Below are positions 38,889 through 50,407 of a DNA stretch of 64,000 nt, in pieces (position 1 is the first letter of the stretch; each line of letters starts with the position of its first letter). Source of the DNA: Nemertoderma westbladi (taxonomy: Eukaryota; Animalia; Xenacoelomorpha). The notes under the pieces were generated by a model. That model saw nothing but the letters and a program-made list of their open reading frames with translations, did not search any database and had not been told where the DNA came from. The position numbers were made by a program, and so were the translations under genes. The stretch spans positions 1 through 64,000 of the forward strand of contig JAUCBJ010006822.1 in the NCBI GenBank assembly GCA_032718475.1, in the 5' to 3' direction.

Positions 38889-39222
38889 TTAGCAAGTCGT
38901 AGGACTTGATTACTGTAAGAATTGTTGGCTGATTGACTGGCTGGCTGGCTGGCTGACTGGCTGGCTGGCTGGCTGGCTGATCTACAGCCAAAACTACTCT
39001 AACGATTTTGATGAAATTTTCACAGCGGCTAGATACCGCGATTCTAAGGTCCCTGGTATGTTCCGCTATTTCGTCCATGAGCCGTGGGCTCGAAAAATAG
39101 ACATAAACGAAAAAACGCCATAGGCGCAATGGTAAAATAACACCAATGACAGCTTGTTGATGGAATTTACATTTGATTGATGACTTCCGACTTGCTTAAC
39201 GGCGTCTTGACGCCGTCTCTAG
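38889..39222 (+). mobile_element. Unit 21, type B-short (334 bp)
   Basis: B ends. Confidence 0.9.
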
Positions 39223-40717
39223 TTAGGAACCGAGAGGTTCATTACTGTAAGAATTGTTGGCTGATTGATTGACTGGCTGGCTGACTGACTGATCTACAGC
39301 CAAAACTACTCTAACGATTTTGATGAAATTTTCACAGCATCTAGATACCGCGATTATAAGGTCCCTGGTATGTTCCGCTATTTCGTCCATGAGCCGTGGG
39401 CTCGAAAAATAGACATAAACGAAAAAACGCCATAGGCGCAATGGTAAAATAACACCAATAACAGCTGGTGTCGTGCTGAAAAATGGCTTATGTAATGCAT
39501 TTCTACAGAAGGCTTAGTAATAAATCGATGAGGTTGCCAAGATTATTATACTCAGTACACCCATACTGTTTGTATAGGCCACCACTCTCTGTCAAAGCAA
39601 ACATTAACTGGTTGGTTTAGTTTGAAATCTAATATCGCCTCAGCTGAATTACTCTTCCCAATGCAATCTATGGGAATATCTCACTCTGCTAATGTAAGCT
39701 GAATGACTGTTACGTACACAGTGAGTTGGCTACATTAATGCCAACATTATTGCAAAATGTTTTATTGTTGGATTACTCTCTGTCAGTCTCCCCTTCAGAA
39801 CATTGTATAGGGAATTTACTTTAGTTTACTCTACTGTGCCATTCAGCTGAATGGATTTGAGCGATTGCCAAGTTACAGAGTTGGATCATTCTCTGACCAT
39901 AGGCAAAGACATCAAATCTTTTTAAAAATATACTTTTTCCATGTTTTTTTTTCTGACCAAAAATTTCAAAAAAAATTTTTTCGTAGCCAGTACTGCCAAT
40001 CGATTCGCCATCAAAAATAACGCAAAAAATTTTTTTTGCAAAATTTTAAATTACTGTAAATTTTTGGCGACTGGGGGGGGTCAATTTTTTTCGATCCGCT
40101 ATAACTCCGGAACGCTTTGTCCAAATTCGATGGGGTTTTCATTTTTCAACTTAATTCGATGTCCTCTTTCAGCCTATCCATGTTTCGAAACCCCAAACAG
40201 CGCCGTTCAAAAATTAATTTTTTCTAGTTCTAGAATTTTACAAATTTCAAAAAAGTTGCAGTATTTTATTAACGCCTTTACGGAATTCGATAGCGTTTTC
40301 GATTTTTATATTAAACGCAATATCCTGAATCTCACTAGCCTAGTTTCGCGTCACCAATGCCAAGACTTCATACTTTTTGAGGAAAATTTTTCTAGAATAA
40401 TTTTTATTTAATTACATTTATCGCGATTTCTTATTACTGGTTGCACATGAATTGATGGAGTTTTCAATTTATTAACTAAACACGATATCGCGCATCGCAC
40501 CAGCGTGGTTTCGAAATTCCAAAACGAGGTCTTCACTAGTTGCAGGTCGATTTTGTTCTAGAATTGAGCAACTAATAATAGATCGAATTTATTAATAATT
40601 ATTGTATGAAATATGATTGTATTTTTACATAATTATTAGTTCTATACTAATTCTCGTTGTCTCTTTTATTTAAAATAAAAAGTCGGTTCCTTATCGGGCC
40701 GCTAGGCCCGTCACTAG
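39223..40717 (+). mobile_element. Unit 22, type A
   Basis: A ends and A body. Confidence 0.9.
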
Positions 40718-42223
40718 TTAGGAACCGAGAGGTTCATTACTGTAAGAATTGCTCGAGACTGGCTGGCTGGCTGGCTGACTGACTGACTGACTGATCTACA
40801 GCCAAAACTACTCTAACGATTTTGATGAAATTTTCACAGCGGCTAGATACCGCGATTCTAAGGTGCCTGGTATGTTCCGCTATTTTGTCCATGAGCCGTG
40901 GGCTCGAAAAATAGACATAAACGAAAAAACGCCATAGGCGCAATGGTAAAATAACACCAATAACAGCTGGTGTCGTGATGAAAAATGGCTTATGTAATGC
41001 ATTTCTACAGAAGGCTTAGTAATAAATCGATGAGGTTGCCAAGATTATTATACTCAGTACACCCATACTGTTTGTATAGGCCACCACTCTCTGTCAAAGC
41101 AAACATTATTAACTGGTTGGTTTAGTTTGAAATCTAATATCGCCTCAGCTGAATTACTCTTCCCAATGCCATCTATGGGAATATCTCACTCTGCTAATGT
41201 AAGCTGAATGACTGTTACGTACACAGTGAGTTGGCTACATTAATGCCAACATTATTGCAAAATGTTTTATTGTTGGATTACTCTCTGTCAGTCATCCCCT
41301 TCAGAACATTGTATAGGGAGTTTACTTTAGTTTACTCTACTGTGCCATTCAGCTGAATGGATTTGAGCGATTGCCAAGTTACAGAGTTGGATCATTCTCT
41401 GACCATAGGCAAAGACATCAAATCTTTTTAAAAATATACTTTTTCCATGTTTTTTTTTCTGACCAAAAATTTCAAAAAAAAATTTTTCGTAGCCAGTACT
41501 GCCAATCGATTCGCCATCAAAAATAACGCAAAAAATTTTTTTTGCAAAATTTTAAATTACTGTAAATTTTTGGCGACTGGGGGGGGTCAATTTTTTTCGA
41601 TCCGCTATAACTCCGGAACGCTTTGTCCAAATTCGATGGGGTTTTCATTTTTCAACTTAATTCGATGTCCTCTTTCAGCCTATCCATGTTTCGAAACCCC
41701 AAACAGCGCCGTTCAAAAATTAATTTTTTCTAGTTCTAGAATTTTACAAATTTCAAAAAAGTTGCAGTATTTTATTAACGCCTTTACGGAATTCGATAGC
41801 GCTTTCGATTTTTATATTAAACGCAATATCCTGAATCTCACTAGCCTAGTTTCGCGTCACCAATGCCAAGACTTCATACTTTTTGAGGAAAATTTTTCTA
41901 GAATAATTTTTATTGAATTACATTTATCGCGATTTCTTATTACTGGTTGCACATGAATTGATGGAGTTATCAATTTATTAACTAAACAGGATATCGCGCA
42001 TCGCACCAGCGTGGTTTCGAAATTCCAAAACGAGGTCTTCACTAGTTGCAGGTCGATTTTGTTCTAGAATTGAGCAACTAATAATAGATCGAATTTATTA
42101 ATAATTATTGTATGAAATATGATTGTATTTTTACATAATTATTAGTTCTATACTAATTCTCGTTGTCTCTTTTATTTAAAATAAAAAGTCGGTTCCTTAT
42201 CGGGCCGCTAGGCCCGTCACTAG
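40718..42223 (+). mobile_element. Unit 23, type A
   Basis: A ends and A body. Confidence 0.9.
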
Positions 42224-43198
42224 TTAGGAACCGAGAGGTTCATTACTGTAAGAATTGCTTGTGGCTGACTGACTGACTGACTGACTGATCTACAGCCAAA
42301 ACTACTCTAACGATTTTGATGAAATTTTCACAGCGGCTAGATACCGCGATTCTAAGGTCCCTGGTATGTTCCGCTATTTCGTCCATGAGCCGTGGGCTCG
42401 AAAAATAGATATAAACGAAAAAACGCCATAGGCGCAATGGTAAAATAACACCAATAACAGCTGGTGTCCTGGTGAAAAATGGCTTATGTAATGCATTTCT
42501 ACACAAGGCTTAGTAATAAATCGATGAGGTTGCCAAGATTATTATACTCAGTACACCCATACTGTTTGTATAGGCCACCACTCTCTGTCAAAGCAAATAT
42601 TAACTGGTTGGTTTAGTTTGAAATCTAATATCGCCTCAGCTGAATTACTCTTCCCAATGCATTGTATGGGAATATCTCATCTGCTAATGTAAGCTGAATG
42701 ACTTAGGTACACAGTGTGTTGGCTACATTAATGCCAACATTATTGCAAAATGTTTTATTGTTTGATTACTCTCTGTCAGTCTCCCCTTCAGAACATTCTA
42801 TAGGGAATTTACTTTAGTTTACTCTACTGTGCCATTCAGCTGAATGGATTTGAGCGATTGCCAAGTTACAGAGTTGGATCATTCTCTGACCATAGGCAAA
42901 GACAAATCTTTTTAAAAATATACTTTTTCCATGTTTTTTTTTCTGACCAAAAATTTCAAAAAGAAATTTTTCGTAGCCAGTACTGCCAATCGATTCGCCA
43001 TCAAAAATAACGCAAAAAATTTTTTTTGCAAAATTTTAAATTACTGTAAATTTTTGGCGACTGGGGGGGGTCAATTTTTTTCGATCCGCAATAACTCCGG
43101 AACGCTTTGTCCATTATTAGTTCTATACTAATTCTCGTTGTCTCTTTTATTTAAAATAAAAAGTCGGTTCCTTATCGGGCCGCTAGGCCCGTCACTAG
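42224..43198 (+). mobile_element. Unit 24, type A with an internal deletion of about 0.5 kb
   Basis: ACGCTTTGTCC is fused to ATTATTAGTTCTATAC near 43112; both ends intact. Confidence 0.88.
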
Positions 43199-44519
43199 TT
43201 AGCAAGTCGTTAGACTTGATTACTGTAAGAAAAAAAAGCTACTGGCTACTGGCTACTGACCTAGAGCAAAAACGGCTCTAACGATTTTGATGAAATTTTG
43301 CATGGACCATGAAAATGGATTTCTAAGGGTACTTGTGAAATCGCGGTTTAAATTGAAACATCTCAACTTGTTTTATTTCGAAAAATAGCCCCAAAACACT
43401 AAAATTGCCATAGGCGCAATGATAAAACACCAGCTGGCACTCATGAAAAATGTATAGAGATGGCCTGGTAATGCATTCAATAGTAAGGGCAACTAACAAA
43501 GAAGTACTTTCTCTGCCAAGTTTTATTATCACTCTACTATACAACCCAGACCGACAGTAAGCAAACATTAACTCATTTAGCTATGGCTATTACAAACTCA
43601 GCTGAATAACTCTTCCCAATGCATCCTTGCTATGTTAATTAATTGGCGTGCAAGCTAAATGACTGTTAGTTAAACAGTGTGTTGGCTACACAGTGTATTG
43701 TACTATGCTCTCATCGCATTATTGTTTTATTTTGAAATGTTTGTGCCAACATTAATACTGTGGAGGCTGTATGCTTATAAGGCTGAATATTTACTCAGCC
43801 TCAAAATGATTCTCCATAAGGCTAACATTATTGTTTGAAATATAAAAATATGATATGCAAATTGTATGTATTTAATTCCAAACATATGGAGTAAAATGAA
43901 CAACATGGTTATTAAAAGTTTTACAAAATAAATAAAATAATATATAAAATATTGTGCTATTAAAACGTTTTATTTGGTTGTGGGGGGGGGGGGGGGTCAT
44001 TGGTTTAGGGGTAAATATGTTATAATAATAATATAATAGTTATATTTAATTAATATCGTGGTTTACATTGAACAGTGTAAATTGTTAATCGCGGTTTACA
44101 TTGAAACATCTCAACTTGTTTTATTTATTACAAAAATAAGAACGAATTTGTCTTATCACTTCTTGTGCGCGATTGTATTGAATTCATGATTTGGATTTGG
44201 ATTTGGATTCATGGATTCTGCTGTTATTGTTATTAATTAATTGATACCTCGACTCCTCTCTGAGACTCCGACTACTCTATCCGATAGAATAAAATAATCA
44301 TTTCGCTAACTGCTCTCTATCTTCTATAATCACAACAGCTTTTATAATTCATTAGATGATTACAACATAATAATTATAGTTTGAAGTTGTCTAGGAAAAT
44401 TTTCGTACACCACCGGGACTACCCTCACACTGATTGATTATCAGACAGAACAAAAAGCGTTTACTTGATTCGTACTGTCTCCTACGACTTGCTTCACGGG
44501 CCGCTAGGCCCGTCTCTAG
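43199..44519 (+). mobile_element. Unit 25, divergent type D (B subTIRs, A-type 3' hairpin)
   Basis: 5' TTAGCAAGTCGTTAGACTTG, a (GCTACTG)n microsatellite, diverged core, 3' CGACTTGCTTCACGGGCCGCTAGGCCCGTCTCTAG. Confidence 0.87.
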
Positions 44520-44699
44520 TCTACCTAGTAAAGTTGTCCTTGATTATATCATGCAACATGATTCTCGTTAAATCAATCAAGCCATTAATTAGTTCAACAA
44601 CAGGCGACCAATGCGGGAAACTATCAGTGTCCAAAACAACCTTTATACATAATTAATCTTCCATGTTTGCTTAATGTTTAATGGGTGCTTAATGTTAAA

Positions 44700-45035
44700 A
44701 AATATTGATTTATTCGGATTAAATGTGATATCAACTTCTAAACCATAATCTTGTTAAATGTTAACCAAAACACGAAGACCAAAAATACTGGGAGAAATTA
44801 AACAAAGATCATCAGAATAACATAATGATAACCAGATCATCACTTTGTTAAGCCATCGTGTCCTACTTAACTCATTTACATAAATATTGTATAATAACGA
44901 AGAACAAGAAATGATACTTCCTCCTTGTTTTATTCCGTTCAGGACCTTAAAACTAGATGAAGTTGCATTTACCCAACTAACTGTAACTGACTGTTTACTA
45001 TACCAATAAGCTAAGATACTAACAATATACACGGA
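44700..45035 (-). pseudogene. Decayed LINE reverse transcriptase fragment
   Basis: WYSKQ..V.W....SSFKVLNGIKQGG..S.LLYNIYVNEL..CYSDDLCLISPS. Confidence 0.8.
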
Positions 45036-46379
45036 TATATGCGGAAGCCCACAACTGTCAAGGACAAAACATTAATAAATCTAGGAAACAATTAAATAAA
45101 TTTTATAGAAAGCTATAGAAAGCATGCACTCAATACAGGGGCGTAGGCAGGGGGTGGATACTGGTTATGCATCCACCCCCCCGAAAATTTGAAACTTAGG
45201 CTAAGTACTGAAGTAAACTGATATATAGTCATTCTCATTAGTGTCTCGCTCATCATACCAAATTTTGTAGGATTGATTGAAAAATATTGAAATTAAAAAA
45301 TACAGTAGGTGTAGGAGGAGGAGGTGCCCCAAATTGGAATTGATAAAAGGTTTAATAAGGGTGATGTTGTAAGACAGTGTTTAAGTGTAAGGTAAATTTC
45401 ACCTTATAATCGCTGAAACGGTTAAATAATGGGGAAACGGTGTCATACACAACTACACAAATATAGCTGCATCAGCCCATCTGCCATAGTAATTCAGTAG
45501 TATCAGATTACAGTATTAGAAACCCTACATCTTACATAGTCATCAATAACAAATAAAGTTTATAGAGTTAAAGACAGTAATCTAAATATGACCTTGGGTA
45601 CAGCTGAAACTATTATCAACATGCTTTTGATAAATCCTTCTGCTTTTCTCTTAAAGTCAAAATGCACAGTGGTTCGCAATGACTTTGCATGTGCATTATT
45701 GGATGCAAGAGAAATTTAAATTATTAGATGTAAAGCTGATTATAATCGCCTTTATGTTCAAGAAAGTTGAGCTAAGAAGTTAAACGCGACAATGCTAAAG
45801 TTTCTCAAGTACATTGGTGTAAAAAAGGAAGTGATACTCTTTTAGTCTTAGATCGTGTTTCAACTGGGATTGGGGGTAAAACTTATGAAAAACGTTTAAT
45901 CTAACGTTTACTTACATATGAGTTCTTGTGGGAATACTGATCAATGCTAAAATGGGGCAGGTAGGGGAAATAATAATTACTCAATACAAATTATAATGAC
46001 CAATATCATAACAATACATACACTGCCTATTTAATACTTTCTATTATCTGGATCCATTTAATTGTAGGAATAATGAGATACTTCCCACATAATAGTAATA
46101 AGGATTGATGATCATGAATACTGATTGATGATCATAATTTTGATACCAATTTTTATCATTTCCAAGGAGCTGTGGTGCAAGATGAAAGTGTATAATAGTG
46201 CATTCATTGCCTGACAATGTAAAATGTTGATGTTTTAGATAATTAAAATGAAATGAGAAACAGAATGAGCTGAGGAGTTGCAAACTAAGTATTATTAATT
46301 ATTAGTATATATAATTATTAGTGCATATTGTTATATTATTCTGTAAATGAGATAATAACCGATGTCAGTATGGTTGGTA

Positions 46380-46938
46380 TTTCTATTATAATATTATACT
46401 TTCTTTTTTAACGGCATTAAAAATTGTTAACGGCATTAAAAATTATTTCTATTATTACTATTATACTTTCTTTTTTAATGGCATTAAAAATTTGAACGCT
46501 CTGCCTAATGAAATTAAAAACCTAGATAATCAACATTCTTTTAAATCTGCATTTAAATCTCACCTCCGTGTGTAATGTAAAAATAGGTACAATAGTCCTA
46601 CAGTAAGTTATTAGTTTATTAATTATTTACTATTTATACTGGAATTACGTTTTATAATAAATTGTTCTGTACATTACATCTTTATCGTTGAGTCGGGCAT
46701 TGTCACGCTCTCGGTAAAGTTGTACATGTACATAGTGTAATTACGTTTTATATTGGTTTTAGGTTAGCGTAGTGTAATATTGTATTTGTAACCAAGTAAC
46801 ATAAAGGACCCCCTTGGAAATAAGCTGCAAAGCTTTAGGGGTAATCCTATATGTTATGTTGGACAATACCTGTACATTGTTTGGTGTATTTGTTATTGTT
46901 TTTACATAATGTATAAATAAATCTATCTATCTATCTAT
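46380..46938 (+). mobile_element. 3' end of a CR1/L2-type LINE
   Basis: Degenerate C-terminus TFFFNGIK..NALPNEIKNLDNQHSFKSAFKSHL*, 3' UTR stem AGGACCCCCTTGGAAATAAG..GGGGTAATCCT, then AATAAA and an (ATCT)n tail. Confidence 0.75.
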
Positions 46939-48489
46939 TGGTTCCCTTGAAAATGACATTGTTAATGATACTGGAAACGAGTGCTGTCAAAATTATTCTA
47001 ATAAAAATAATCTTTATACTTATTTTTTTCTTCTTATTTTTTTTTTATACTTCTATAAAAGCCACAAATGATTAGTCACTGTTTTTTCCTTAGTTTACTG
47101 GTGTCTGTTGCCATTCTATTGCCCCACTGGTATTAAAGAACGCTCTAAACGTTCTTGATTTGCCTCATTCTTATCGGATGCTTTTATGATGATGGTGGTA
47201 AATAAACTTTGATATGATATATTTTCAACCTCTGGTCGCCAATTACTATCAACTATTTGGCCATCGTCATCCTAAAGTTTTTTGGGATATAAGATGGCTA
47301 TATAGTGCAGCCTTAACTATAGCAACCACGGAGGTTGGTTGTGCTTCAATTTTATTAAGAAAATATCTATGCCCACAAGATTCTGAAACAATTTTCTGAA
47401 ATGCTGCATTCTCGAGTCAGATGGTAGGTAATTGGAGATCTTATTTTCTAACATTTCATAACTGTATGGAAGCATAATATTTGCACGTAACCCGAAAGCT
47501 TGTATGCTACTAACAAGTCATGGAGAAATCAGATTACTTCCTGCTAATATCAAACTTTTGACTGAAACTTGTTGAGGAAAAACTTTCCCCATCACTGTAA
47601 TATCCATAACATCCTATGTTAACAAATATTAATTTATGATTTGCATCAGTAATAAGTACAATAAAATAGAAAACCTTGATGATTGTAATATAAAGACCCA
47701 CTTTAGGATTGTGCCCTTATGCAACATGTTTCCCATCATGAGTGCCTATACAGTTGGGAAACTGCCACAACCCCTAAAAATTACCGGTGATGATGCCCTA
47801 AAAATTATCATTGGCTTGTGATGGCTGTTAAGGCCTATAGAAACCTGTATATTAATTAAATCGATATACCCTCCCATTAAATGAAGATTGCATTGATTTT
47901 TTTTTAAAACCATGGTGGCCCAATATGTTATATATATTAAACCATTGTGGGAATTCTTGAGCCATCACAAAAAGCCCGTCATAAACACCATCCTAATTTG
48001 TTATATTGATAATTTGTGGCTGCAATAACTACAGTTGGTGGTTACTTGGTTCAATAAAACGTTTTTAAAAGGTGCCTACCAAGGTGGGGATACTGGGGCT
48101 TCTTTCATTATATGCCAGTTTATTATTGCACATAATCAATCATTTTAAATTATAGGCCTATACCGAATAACATAGGGCTAAACATTGGTAAGGATCAATT
48201 TTCACATTACAAGAGATGGCAATTCAAATTTTAGTTAAATCTACAGTTAACAATTACAGTATTGAAATTACAAGAAAATTCACAGGAAAAATAACAAACA
48301 GACAAAATCAAATCTGGATTACTCGGTTCTAGTGATGCATACCTGCATCTATCATTACTGTCAATGAGTGGATGTGGAAACAGTTATCCCTGCTTCTTCA
48401 ACCTCCGTGTTAGCTACACAAGTATGATTGATATTGGAATCTTCTCCTTCCCTCACGTAGTGGTTCTAGCCACTGCCTCTTTGCTATGA

Positions 48490-49330
48490 CACCAGCTTAT
48501 ATAGACTGGCCTGTCACAATATTAACCTTTTTGCCCTGGTTTCGAGTATTAACATCGGCTTGCATTCTCGCAGTAACATTCTTTAATAATGCAAATAGGG
48601 CATCATCGACTTCATCTAGTCCCAGCCGAAGTTGATCAATGGGCTTCAGATGGTAGCATTGATATAATCTTATCCCTCTGGAAAGGATAGAGTCCTGTTT
48701 TTGCGAATCCAGATTCAAAATTTTTATTTTGTGTTGATGACTAATCCGGTTTGCTCTCCATCACACCAGCCAGTAACCTATACCATAATGCTGGAAATGT
48801 ATTCTAAGGTGAATTCACTTTGGGATATTTCAGGTTTGCATAAACCAGTCCACAAAACCGTCACCTTTGAACCACCCGGATTTAGATCATGAATAATGAG
48901 TCCCTTGTGGGCCACCAAGGGTCCATGTCCATGATGAGTATACTGATTGGCACTTATCATTATACTGATATTTGCTTTGGTATGGTCGATAACCCATTCT
49001 GGATATTTTCTACCCCTCTTCATCAACACCTTTTTTGACCTGGGATATCACTGACATCAGATAAATTAGGCTTGTCGTAATTGTATATACACAGTCTGGT
49101 GATACCACTGCAACTTACTTTTCATGAGTTAACGAGTTGAAGAACTCATAACTGTATCCAATTGTGTACTTGAACTCAATATTTTAATGTTGCCAGCAAA
49201 TCTAGTGGTTAGACAATTGTGGAGCCCAAGGAATGGAGACACACATTTGTGGCTTAGATGGTTAGGTTATCTTTAAAAGCTTAAAGACAACACCTTTTTG
49301 GTCCAGGATATTTTTTTACTAAGATTTGAA
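48490..49330 (-). pseudogene. Decayed pogo/Tigger-like (DDE_1) transposase
   Basis: Fragments TTRFAGNIK, IYNYD.PNLSD..PGQK, KRGRKYPEWVIDHTKANISIMISA, GKKVNIVTGQSI; boundaries approximate. Confidence 0.65.
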
Positions 49331-50407
49331 GATCAAATCCATTGATTAGAGTGCCGGTATTGTAGGTGGTGAACTGGAGAACGTGCTGAATGGGGTAAAT
49401 TTTGAGCTAATTTTCATCCAATGAAGAAAATTGTTCATTTAATGTGGTTGCTATTTTGATGGGGTCCGCGGTTGTTGTTTCTTTACTGCCAGATGCAAAT
49501 GTTGAATTTAAATTTAGTAGGGAAAGAAGTTTTTTGTGCTTTGTTATTACTTAATTAATAATGCACGAAGTTTTTGCAATTACCCTTAGTATCCTCAAAT
49601 TTCTTACAATCATTTTTTTTCATGTATACCAAAGCACTGTGCCAAGTTTCTTCCGATGTTCTTTGTAGGTTTATTCATTCTGAACGGTAGGGTGGTAGGT
49701 GCCTTCACATATTTAATGAAAAGTGATTTAAGTTTTAAATAAAATTTTTAAAATTTGTGCAAGTGATTTTAATAAGCCTTCTGTTGTCCATGGTTTATAC
49801 AAGTCTTCTAATGAGTATATTATTCTTTTTTATTATTCGTCCGGCTTCATGCCCCGGCGGCTATATTCGGTAAAAGGTCGGGCTAAATTTCCAGACTTCT
49901 AGAGATACATACACCCATGATACATAATTTACAATATTTACAAACACAAATTAATAAACGTTTCAAGAAGTTCCAATGTCAGTCATAATATGCACAATTA
50001 ATATTATATGTTTTAAAACCAACCCAAAGTATACAGTTATAAGATTTAAGTTAGCCTAGTTCCTTAGTTTGTTAGTTAACGTTGAAGTATTCCAAGACTC
50101 GTGTGTGTTTCTGTTTAAAGCTCAAATTCTGTATACCGTATGTAGATTTAATAAATGACACTGTTATTAACTCTTGTATTGTTAGACACCCAGTTTCAAT
50201 CTCCAATTGGATACATTTTTTACTATAAAGTCCATTCAGCAAGTTTATGAGAGATGGTATTGGATAGTTTATGGCGGCGGAGTTGAACGCACTTCCCAGC
50301 CCCTGATACTTCTGATTTTTGTTTTCCAATAATAGTATCAGTAGGAGTTTTTGGATACTTTTGTTTGGACATAATGAAATTCGAAATATCACGGATAAAA
50401 TTTCACG

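Larger units (their letters stand above)
7504..44519 (+). mobile_element. Mixed head-to-tail array of non-autonomous Helitron2/Helentron (HINE-like) elements: 25 forward units, 2 inverted nested units, 1 stub
   Basis: Every unit has a 5' TT plus subTIR folded into a small hairpin, a (GCTG/ACTG)n microsatellite, a conserved core (CGATTTTGATGAAATTTT), a variable body, a 3' subTIR, a GC hairpin and CTAG. No TSDs and no coding capacity. Confidence 0.9.

Noticed and set aside
7535-43568. Recurrent ORFs MCRNALHKPFF../MRLWRFFV.. and MGFSFFNLIRCP..
   Set aside because: They recur only because the element is repeated. Lengths vary with microsatellite and homopolymer indels, and no Rep/helicase or other domain motifs were seen.
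7504-44519. Simple 1.5-kb satellite, rDNA spacer, or true bacterial integron
   Set aside because: Units are heterogeneous complete elements with defined termini; no rRNA sequence, integrase, attC sites or gene cassettes. The integron comparison is only an analogy.
7500-44520. CTAGT at both array edges read as a 5-bp TSD of one giant composite transposon
   Set aside because: CTAG is the intrinsic 3' end of every unit and the nested copies show no TSD; target mimicry explains it better.
45137-47600. CAGGGGCGTAGGCAGGGGG hAT-like terminus and possible decayed transposase downstream
   Set aside because: No partner TIR, TSD or convincing protein motifs found by eye.
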